Origin: Octopus sinensis
Taxonomy: Eukaryota
Direction: 5' to 3'
NCBI RefSeq assembly: GCF_006345805.1
Contig: NW_021829399.1
Coordinates: 1-6,110, forward strand
DNA: 6,110 bases
The notes under the pieces: model-generated
Seen by the model: the letters and a program-made list of their open reading frames with translations, nothing else
Told to the model about the DNA's origin: nothing
Database searches by the model: none
Shown: positions 1 to 6,110 of the stretch, in pieces
Layout: every line of letters starts with the position of its first letter
How positions within the stretch are numbered: the first letter of the stretch is position 1
Position numbers and translations under genes: made by a program

Positions 1-312
1 CTCCAGCCCTGTCGACAATTTATCTAAGAGAAGGCCACTGCAGTATAATGCTATAACTTGCTGATCACCACAGCTGACCACATTGGCTAGCCCGACGGGC
101 CTCCAAATATAAAGAGTGCAATCGGATAGTGCGAACTGGCTTTCACTTTAAAACTTCTTAGTGTAGTCAGAAAGAAAAATCATGCTGTGTCGAGGATCAG
201 TTTTCATAGCCACTTGATGGTATGTCGCTCTTCTTCATGATCAGGTATACATGATATATGAATACATACATGCATGTGTGTGTGGTGTCTGTAATGAATG
301 TAAATGTTATGC

Positions 313-348
313 ACATACATACATACATACATATTATACATATATATA

Positions 349-393
<45 letters not shown>
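313..393. repeat. Compound microsatellite (ACAT)n + (TA)n
   Basis: ACAT tandem units from about 313, then a perfect run of about 20 TA units at 353-393. Confidence 0.97.
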
Positions 394-396
<3 letters not shown>

Positions 397-473
397 TAAA
401 AACGGTAGATAACAAAAAAAGAGACCTCAATATTATGTAATAGAGGAATAATACCGAATATATTATTTCACAG

Positions 474-528
474 ATATATATATATATGTGTGTGTGTAAA
501 TATATGTACATACACACGTATATGTATA
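474..528. repeat. Compound (TA)n/(TG)n microsatellite, degenerate
   Basis: atatatatatatatgtgtgtgtgt followed by degenerate TA/CA units. Confidence 0.9.
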
Positions 529-670
529 ACATTATCAGCCACATATAGTTAGCGCATATGCTCCGTGTTTTTTGCAAGTAGGCTGCCATTCGGCGCACAC
601 AATGCGCACACGTTAAGCATATGTGGTTGATAACGTTTGCTACATTAGCGCCGCTTCTATTTCATATTTG

Positions 671-671
<1 letters not shown>

Positions 672-718
<47 letters not shown>

Positions 719-752
719 ACACACACACACACCACACGCACGCACGCACACA
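672..752. repeat. (CA)n microsatellite with CACG variant end
   Basis: Long AC run with two single-C interruptions, ending in cacgcacgcacgcacaca. Confidence 0.97.
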
Positions 753-759
753 GAAGGAG

Positions 760-824
760 CGATAATTTTCTTCGATTTAAATCCTTTCAAGGAGGTGCCC
801 CAGCATGGCTGCAATCCAGTGACT
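760..824 (+). mobile_element. 3' fragment of a second SINE family
   Basis: ggaggtgccccagcatggctgcaatccagtgact (791-824) aligns at roughly two-thirds identity with the reverse complement of 3310-3342. It also resembles my recollection of an abundant Octopus SINE 3' part (ggcggtgctccagcatggccgcagtcaaatgactgaaac). Family assignment is unverified. Confidence 0.55.
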
Positions 825-1134
825 ATTCTATGCTCATCTAATAATTTGGGGTTGCGAATTTATCAAAAATATATTCTCTTCTTTTCGCACCTTCTTTTAA
901 TTCAATTGTTATTTTTTCGTCACGAATTTAATTAAATTATTAAAAAGCAAATATAATGATAATTGCGTTATTATTAATACCAAAATATTTGTTTATGTAA
1001 ACAAACTCCGTTTTAAAATGAAACAATTGGATGTAAACAAAATAAAACATGGTTAAACTAATTAGGTATGAAATTATTATGAAATCATTTTTTTCATCTC
1101 TAGTCAAGAGCGTCATGTTAGTTTTAAATTATAA

Positions 1135-1351
1135 ATATATATGTTTGTGTGTGTATATGTGCATATATTTATGTCTGTGCACATGTATTTCGTGTGTTTA
1201 TATATAGGCATATATAATATATTTGTGATTATATATATATATTTATGATTATATACATACGTATATAGATATGTATTTGCGCATATATATATACTTATTT
1301 GAATATATATGTGTATATATACATGTGCGTATAAATATTTGTGTGTGTGTG
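1135..1351. repeat. Degenerate TA/TG low-complexity tract
   Basis: Mosaic of short (TA)n and (TG)n runs, consistent with a decayed microsatellite. Confidence 0.85.
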
Positions 1352-1483
1352 GTTCGCTATGCGCTTCACTTGTAATCTTGTTAACGAATGGGAGGAAAAA
1401 GCACTCAACTTAACAGCGTACGATGAATATCATTGAACGCTTTCATAACAATTGTTTTTGGATTCATTTCACTCATTATGATA

Positions 1484-1586
1484 AACCACTTACATATTTA
1501 GTCGAACCACTTACATACTTAGTTTGAACCACTTCCGTGTTTAGCCGAACCACTTACATGTTTAGCCGAATCACTTACATGTTTAG
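1484..1586. repeat. Minisatellite, 21-bp unit x ~4.9 (consensus aaccacttacatgtttagccg)
   Basis: Units at 1484-1504, 1505-1526 (22 bp), 1527-1547, 1548-1568 and 1569-1586 (partial), directly abutting with no spacers. Confidence 0.95.
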
Positions 1587-1707
1587 ATGTAAATGGAGAT
1601 TTACGCAGTTTATGGGATTATTTTTGCCAGCATCTTGCAACCATTATTCGAGGAAACGCAAACCCTTCTTCAACAATAGACTAACACATTAACAGATTCA
1701 AATATAA

Positions 1708-1902
1708 ATTAACTTATGTCTTGCGCAGACTTACTTTTCTCAGAAAATATTTTCCATGTACAAAAAAAACACCTTTCAACTTGGCATTGAATATTACTCT
1801 CATATTTGGCCTGGTACCTGCTCTGACTCTCTGAACATCGAATTCAAGAACTAGTTGTTAATATCACAAGTCCCCTTTTCCCTACGAGGTAGCCGTCTTT
1901 GA
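1708..1902 (+). mobile_element. CR1/L2-group LINE relic, copy A part 1 (ORF2 C-terminal region, pseudogenised)
   Basis: Translation gives AQTYFSQKIFSMYK...IEYYSHIWPGTCSDSLN, then after a frameshift RIQELVVNITSPLFPTR*PSL. This matches the remembered CR1-group ORF2 motifs LYKSxIRPxMEYCSHIWxG / LDRIQKRxVNI / LQPL. May extend about 100 bp further 5'. Confidence 0.75.
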
Positions 1903-2074
1903 TGGTCTCAGGACAAAACACCCTGGACAAAAATCCCCAGGCAGTCGATGTCCCACGAGACATTGTTCTTTGTTTACAACAAAAATAATTTAGGAAAGTG
2001 AAATTTGATTAAAATATTTTTAATATTTATTAGTTGATATTTTCGTGTAAAATTTCTCTGGTGGGATTTTGTTC
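1903..2074. mobile_element. 172-bp unclassified MITE-like insertion with 7-bp TSD (tctttga)
   Basis: tctttga flanks both sides (1896-1902, 2075-2081). Removing the insert restores LINE codons P-S-L-T-H-Q-*-N-V, collinear with K-S-L-A-Y-R-R-N-V in copy B. ggacaaaa(a)cacc/tccc motifs occur twice at the left (1911, 1925) and once inverted at the right (gggattttgttc, 2063-2074). The core is AT-rich. Confidence 0.7.
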
Positions 2075-2081
2075 TCTTTGA

Positions 2082-2306
2082 CTCATCAGTGAAATGTCTT
2101 CGTTTTGTCTTTCTATAATGTTTTTCATATTCATTTCTCTGATGTATTTTCTGGCTTAACCCCTATCAAGATCTTCAAACGCGTCAACTGGCTCTCTTCC
2201 CCAGATGAATCGTTTCTCCGTTGAGATTTCTGTTTCTTTTATAATCTATTAGTTTATTTTCTTGAACTGCTACACTCTGGAACTCATTACCATCTATTTT
2301 GTTTTC
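2082..2306 (+). mobile_element. CR1/L2-group LINE relic, copy A part 2 (ORF2 C-terminus)
   Basis: 2090-2165 aligns with 2383-2460 (RRNVxSLxLFYKYFxGHxSDELS motif). From 2251 it reads SLFS*TATLWNSLPSI, matching the SFFxRTxxLWNSLP terminal motif. Confidence 0.8.
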
Positions 2307-2528
2307 GAATTCAGAATCGAGTCGTTAATATGGGGGAGGCGGGGGTCATCTTTCTAGGAGATTGAAGTCTCTGGCTTATCGCCGAAATGTATCTTCGTTG
2401 TATCTTTTCTATAAATATTTCTATGGTCATTCCTCTGATGAACTTTCTAGTCAAGTGCCATCTTTATACATATCACCAGCTTCTCTTTCCAGATGCATTG
2501 TTTCTCTGCTGCGCTTCCTGTCAGAACT
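2305..2528 (+). mobile_element. CR1/L2-group LINE relic, copy B part 1 (5'-truncated)
   Basis: RIQNRVVNM at 2306-2332 (2305-2331 matches 1838-1864 at 22/27 nt), then KSLAYRRNVSSLYLFYKYFYGHSSDELSSQVP from the 2362 ORF. This is a typical CR1-group ORF2 C-terminal motif. Confidence 0.85.
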
Positions 2529-2674
2529 GCGTAACTGGTACTTAATTTATCGACCCCGAAAGGATGAAAGGCAAAGTCGACCTCGGCGGAATTTGAACTC
2601 AGAACGTAGCGGCAGACGAAATACCGGTAAGAATTTCGCCCGACGTGCTAACGTTCCTGCCAGCCCGCTGCCTT
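2528..2674 (-). mobile_element. tRNA-derived SINE, copy 1, lacking its 3' tail
   Basis: The reverse complement matches 5391-5537 with about 14 differences in 147 nt. It has an A-box-like tggcaggaacg and B box gttcaaattcc, and breaks off after gttacgca, where copy 2 continues ctggggtcg. Confidence 0.92.
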
Positions 2675-2904
2675 TATAAAACCACCGTTGCTATGTGGGA
2701 TGGCGCAAACAAGACGGATCTCGATTTTATCTGAGACATCCGGCAGCCAGCTGCAACTACCCTAATCAGATCCATCACGTTACCAATCCCAGCTGAGACT
2801 CTGGTGAAGGCGGGTAGCTAAGTGCGTAGGCTTCGTGGTCGTATGACATGGTCCGCTCTAAGCAAAATCATGCGGAACCATCTGTGATTTGAAGAATGAG
2901 CCTT

Positions 2905-3048
2905 GTCATGGGTACGACTTTAAACATCATCGGGTAGTGAGGACCTTGGTACAGGCATTCCAAAGTTCTGATGAGTGTGGAATTACCTCTTAACCACTAT
3001 TGTCTTCAAGTCTACTCTGACCTGGAGTAAGAGCACCTGTCAGGATCT
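2905..3048 (-). mobile_element. Unclassified interspersed repeat (block ending in 18-bp direct repeat)
   Basis: The minus strand (agatcctgacaggtgctcttactccaggtcagagtagac...cctcactacccgatgatgtttaaagtcgtacccatgac) resembles a remembered abundant Octopus repeat (ggaccctatcaggtgctaccactccgggtcagagtggacc...cctcaccatcagattgtttagtgtcatatccaggac). Recognition is from memory only. Confidence 0.5.
3031..3048 (+). repeat. Perfect 18-bp direct repeat gagcacctgtcaggatct, copy 1 (copy 2 at 3661-3678)
   Basis: Exact match seen at 3031-3048 and 3661-3678. Confidence 0.97.
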
Positions 3049-3236
3049 TTATTCTAATAGCTTTTTCTCTCGAACTACTGCTCTTCTGAACTTATAACCA
3101 TCGACTTGTTTTCCTCTTGTTCATGACTTCTATCAGTCGACATACTTTGAATTTGTAGGCAGCTTTTCCCCACCTTCTTTGTGGTCCTTTACGCTACAGC
3201 GACCTCAAGCCTCATTTGGGATAAGATCGTAAAAAA
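3049..3236 (+). mobile_element. CR1/L2-group LINE relic, copy B part 2 (ORF2 end, 3' UTR, short A tail)
   Basis: From 3050 it reads YSNSFFSRTTALLNL*PSTCFP. 3054-3114 aligns with copy A 2246-2306 at about 74%. It ends with a CR1-type 3'-terminal segment and aaaaaa at 3231-3236; the 3' boundary is approximate. Confidence 0.8.
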
Positions 3237-3284
3237 GGAATATATGACGGTTTTTCTGTAGTTCACGCAGTTAATAGAAATACA
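3237..3284 (+). mobile_element. Possible resumption of LINE copy A after copy B
   Basis: 3243-3284 reads YDGFSVVHAVNRNT, with the same YD-x7-VNR spacing as the remembered ORF2 terminus CFPxxYDLxSFKxxVNR. Short and weak. Confidence 0.35.
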
Positions 3285-3342
3285 ATTCTATTATTCTATT
3301 ATCGGTTTTAGCCATAGGCTGTGACTATGCTGGGACACTGCC
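3285..3342 (-). mobile_element. 3' fragment plus tail of the second SINE family
   Basis: The reverse complement ggcagtgtcccagcatagtcacagcctatggctaaaaccgataatagaataatagaat is similar to 791-824 and ends in a short repeated A-rich tail. Confidence 0.55.
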
Positions 3343-3506
3343 ATTAATAGAAGACTATATCGAGGAAGTACATTAAAGTTTTCTTGTTCCTGTTGATTAG
3401 CCTCGGGTCTTCTCTAATCCGTTAAACATGTAATCAAAATGTTTCAGCGATAATCACCCTACCATTTATCTTTAAAATCGTTTATCTAGGATTCTATTAT
3501 ATAAAG

Positions 3507-3625
3507 CAGTGATTTTTCAATCGGGGTCCACGTGGCCGCTGAGGCTCTATATAAAATCTTTGAGGATCCACGCTACGAAATAGTAAATTGGGGATCCACA
3601 ATGGTATTTTAAGGTCCCCTGAAAA
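3507..3625 (+). mobile_element. Left end of a hAT (Charlie-like) non-autonomous DNA element, right end missing
   Basis: Starts cagtgatttttcaatcggggtcc, like the CAGTGGTTNTCAACC termini of Charlie/MER-type hATs, with three gg(g/a)tccac subterminal motifs. No complementary right TIR in the window. Confidence 0.55.
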
Positions 3626-3660
3626 TGCTTGTATTGGTAAGTACAGCAAGAAACAGCTAG

Positions 3661-3698
3661 GAGCACCTGTCAGGATCTCAGCTATGAGTCACAGAAAT
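3661..3698 (-). mobile_element. Continuation of the repeat at 2905-3048 (includes second 18-bp repeat copy)
   Basis: Begins with the exact 18-mer. The minus strand tttctgtgactcatagctgagatcctgacaggtgctc matches the remembered upstream part of the same repeat (ctatttgacccatagataggaccctatcaggtgctac). Confidence 0.5.
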
Positions 3699-4259
3699 GC
3701 CTCCGGAAGACTGTAGCTCACAGATAGTCCAGTGGACTCAGGACACATGAGGCTCTTCAGCTCTTTATCTGGTCAATTAAGAGAAAATAGCTTAATACAA
3801 ATCCTACATCCTGAGAACTACTGAGCTCATGGCACTTGTTGCACCAGACCAATACATGTTTAAAGGACAAGAGAGTGGGACCGATTCTCTATAAATCATA
3901 CCCACTATGATAATATTGTGCCGTTGTTCAGCAAACCAAAGCACCAGCAGCAACATCATCACTTTTTCTTCAAAAGTTAATGGTGATAGGAAGATAGGTA
4001 GCGGAGACAGGTAGGTAGTTTTCAGCTTTGATCCTGTACGCAGGCGGCCACAGGGTAATGGTGGTATTTCACAGTTATGGGGCAAATGTGGATTCCTAAC
4101 CTTCACAGAACACGACAAAACATTGAACTGGAACACCTCATTCGTGGAAGCGAAGAGAGAGGGCCCATCTTAATGTGTCCTATCTTGTTTAGTCTAATTC
4201 AGTATTGTTTGAGTGAATCTATGATAAAAAGTGTTCTATCAGCAGCGGCTATATTCCTT

Positions 4260-4450
4260 TATTTTCTGGTTTTAGCTTTTGTATACCTCGCCAATAAGCC
4301 TTGGTACCAAAGACCTATAATTAATGGCATTTCTTGGAATCACCCAAATTTTTCCTCCGGGATAGTTTATTCCAGATCACAGTATCCAATATCGGTTCAA
4401 CATTCATCAAGCAAGACTAGAATCGAAGTTGTTAGAATTCTTTTTTGTTT
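4260..4450 (+). pseudogene. Possible highly decayed non-LTR (I-group-like) reverse transcriptase fragment
   Basis: Motifs occur in order FLVLAFVYL, GISWNHPNF and, after a frameshift, FLRDSLFQITVSNIGSTFIKQ. They loosely echo LVAVFFDL, GIRGNLPNF and FLxDRxFQVRVGNTLSxxFxQ, but the spacing requires deletions. Confidence 0.3.
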
Positions 4451-4721
4451 CTAAATCAAAAAGCAGTTAGGGCCGGTCATATAATCAGAGAATTGTGTGG
4501 GTTTTTAGGGAGATGTCTCAGCTATTTGAAGTTTAAGCAGAATGTTGCTATATACTTTAACTAACAGAGCACTTGGAATTTTTGGAAATAAAAATACACT
4601 AAAATAGAAATAATCTAAGTCGTTTACACAGTTGTCGTTGTGAAATATTTAAATAGTACAGACGCAGAGTTGTGAGAGGTCACAGCCAAAAGAAGAAAAG
4701 ACGAAGAATAAGACGAATAGT

Positions 4722-4735
4722 AAAAAAAAAAAAAA
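4722..4735 (+). repeat. Poly(A) run (14 nt)
   Basis: Directly visible. Confidence 0.95.
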
Positions 4736-4749
4736 TGTTCTGGTAATAA

Positions 4750-5078
4750 TAAGAGAAATAGATGAAGAAAACTCAAATTTGAAAACGGAAACACAAATAT
4801 TCAGGAAATATTAGATCAAAGTAAGGCAGGAAGTCACAGAATTAAGAAAAAGATGAATGCCGGAAATTTTACCGAAGACAGAACAGATTAAAGGATTTTA
4901 AAAATGGGAATGCATCTTCGAACATAATGAATAATTATAAAAGAAAATAAAAGAATATTCCAAATTATGTTATTTAGACGGAGACATAATAAAACCGCGA
5001 CTCGAAGAATTGTTGAAGTTTAGAAGTAAAGGAGAATAAAGAATTACAGCTATGATCTACAAGAAAATAAAAAATAAA
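4750..5078 (+). pseudogene. Possible decayed LINE ORF1 (coiled-coil + RRM-like) relic
   Basis: The strongly purine-rich strand translates, across stops and frameshifts, to IREIDEENSNLKTETQIFRKY*IKVRQEVTELRKR and RIFQI...NK/PRLEELLKFRSKGE*RITAMIYKKIKNK. This resembles RVxRLG...KPRPxxVKFxSxxEKxxI...KKLK of CR1/L2 ORF1. Confidence 0.35.
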
Positions 5079-5105
5079 AGAGAGAGAGAGAGAAAGAGAG
5101 AGAGA
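5079..5105. repeat. (AG)n microsatellite
   Basis: agagagagagagagaaagagagagaga directly visible. Confidence 0.95.
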
Positions 5106-5368
5106 AGATGTTTAGGTTAGAAAAAGATTTAATGTGTGTGAATATAACGAGGCTGTCCTAGAATAGGTTAACCCTTTGCCTGTTCATATGTTTGTTCTAA
5201 ATGTCCAAGCTTGTTTTCAGACTTAGCCTGACGCCAGACGTCCAGAGTAAAATAAAGCTTTCCCTTTGATACATCCCTCGTTACTCTGGAGATTGAAAAT
5301 AAATGAGAATGTGTATCATATATGATATATGGACTCCAGGGAAATATGCCCAGTGTATCACATGTAAT

Positions 5369-5810
5369 GCCAGCGGGCTGACAGTATCGTTAGGCGGCGA
5401 GCTGGCAGAAACGTTAGCACACCGGGCGAAATGCTTAGCAGTATTTCGTCTGCCGCTCCGTTCTGAGTTCAAATTCCGCCGAGGTCGACTTTATCTTTCA
5501 TTCTTTCGGGGTCGATAAATTAAGTACCTGTTACGCACTGGGGTCGTTCTAATCGACTTAATCCGTTTGTCTGTCCTTGTTTGTCCTCTCTGTTTAGCCT
5601 CTTGTAAAGAAATAAGTATCGTTAGCACGTCAGACAAAATGCTTAGCAAAATTTCTTCCGTCTCTACATTCTTAGTTCAAATCCCACCTCGGTCAGATTT
5701 ACCTTTCATCCTTTCGGGGTTGATAAAATAAAGTACCAGTTAAGTCCTGGAGTCGATACACCCAAATTAACCACCCCCTTAAAAAACTGGTCTTTGGCGC
5801 TGCTAGGAAC
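5369..5810 (+). mobile_element. Older tRNA-derived SINE (host), split by a nested SINE; pieces 5369-5393 and 5626-~5810
   Basis: Empty-site reconstruction gccagcgggctgacagtatcgttagcacgtcagacaaaatgcttagc...gttcaaatccc...cctttcatcctttcggggttgataaaataaagtaccagtt is collinear with the other copies but more diverged. B box at 5675-5685. The 3' end is approximate. Confidence 0.85.
5394..5614 (+). mobile_element. Full-length younger tRNA-derived SINE with 11-bp TSD agtatcgttag
   Basis: TSD at 5383-5393 and 5615-5625; A-box-like tggcagaaacg at 5403-5413; B box gttcaaattcc at 5467-5477; about 90% identical to 2528-2674; tail rich in tttgtc ending aaagaaata. Confidence 0.93.
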
Positions 5811-5974
5811 CAGGGGGGTTTATTGTAACCTTGGTTATTTAGAAGCCACAGTAAATGGGTAACTAGTTTTATGAGACTCAGAGAAATAATGTAATGACTG
5901 TGACACACACACCAACACACCTACAGCTACTAGACAATTACTCCCGAAAGATATGACGCCAACTATTACTTTGC

Positions 5975-6025
5975 CAAGTAGCACTGCAGAGCTTTGGGGC
6001 TCCGAGAGTTACTCATAATCTTTGA
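5975..6025 (-). mobile_element. Possible short fragment related to the 2905-3048 repeat family
   Basis: cagagctttggggctccgagagttactc resembles the remembered consensus segment ggagctttggggaatgcggagtaccc. In-window similarity to about 2960-2990 is low. Confidence 0.25.
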
Positions 6026-6110
6026 CCTCAAAACTTTGTGAAAATGGGGGAAGAACATATCCTCATTAAAATGGAGAACATCAGATGATAGATTGTTGTA
6101 TAAACGATTC

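Noticed and set aside
165-250. Small exon with donor-like sites atg/gtatgt and cag/gtatac
   Set aside because: No recognisable peptide, weak acceptor, and no support without transcript data.
197-841. ORFs 197-598(-), 258-440(+), 623-841(+)
   Set aside because: The YIYI/THTH/VCMY translations come from microsatellites, not genes.
1484-1586. CRISPR-like array
   Set aside because: Units abut with no unique spacers, there are no cas genes, and the context is eukaryotic.
2063-2095. Hammerhead-like ctgatgagtcaaagagaac on the minus strand (also ctgatga at 2968)
   Set aside because: The GAAA core and NUH cleavage site are missing. The first motif straddles the TSD junction and is explained by LINE codons; the second lacks GAAA after the putative stem II.
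2362-2679. 105-aa ORF as a gene
   Set aside because: It is a chimera of LINE ORF2 remnant and antisense SINE. The same SINE peptides recur in ORFs 5281-5472, 5303-5518 and 5699-5920, which are likewise artefacts.
2678-2710. LINE resuming right after the SINE (KTTVAMWD resembling RTxxLWN)
   Set aside because: The true continuation, verified by alignment to copy A, is at 3049.
2698-2827. HDV-like ribozyme topology (ggatggc/gacatcc+gg, ctaa, acggat/gtgcgt)
   Set aside because: P1 and P2 carry mismatches, L3 lacks the C residues needed for P1.1, and the J1.1/4 spacing is too long.
3049-3660. Helitron (ends in CTAG with a weak hairpin at 3627-3647)
   Set aside because: Helitrons make no TSD and insert at A/T. 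The block begins with LINE sequence continuous with 2528, and the hairpin is AT-rich and imperfect.
3804-4440. Minus-strand RT motifs (SILVLLD, LDTV, LSPL, DD) and ORF 3804-4136
   Set aside because: The motifs lie in different frames with wrong spacing and there is no YADD; chance is more likely.
5145-5283. Mariner-like MITE from 8-bp inverted repeat taacgagg/cctcgtta; TTAACCCTTT piggyBac-like end at 5168
   Set aside because: An 8-bp inverted repeat is within chance expectation, the extension is poor, and there is no matching piggyBac right end.
5314-5327. 14-bp palindrome tatcatatatgata
   Set aside because: AT-rich and expected by chance in TA-repeat-rich DNA.

Overview
AT-rich, microsatellite-laden eukaryotic non-coding DNA (intergenic or intronic) made almost entirely of decayed transposable elements. 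I find no intact protein-coding gene, RNA gene, CRISPR array or prokaryotic system. The SINEs closely resemble, from memory and unverified, very abundant Octopus (cephalopod) repeats. Contents: (TA)n, (CA)n and (AG)n microsatellites; a 21-bp minisatellite; two about 75%-identical relics of the ORF2 C-terminus of a CR1/L2-group LINE; a 172-bp insertion with a 7-bp target-site duplication (TSD); three copies of a tRNA-derived SINE, one nested in another with an 11-bp TSD; fragments of a second SINE; a hAT-like left end; and weak RT-like and ORF1-like relics. The most unusual feature is at 2517-3698, where two adjacent blocks each look like an insertion into the other. That implies a local, microhomology-linked shuffle or circular permutation of about 1.1 kb, or a mis-assembly. 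The supplied ORFs are artefacts of repeats and TE relics. I see no evidence for a new functional biological system, only interesting rearrangement history.
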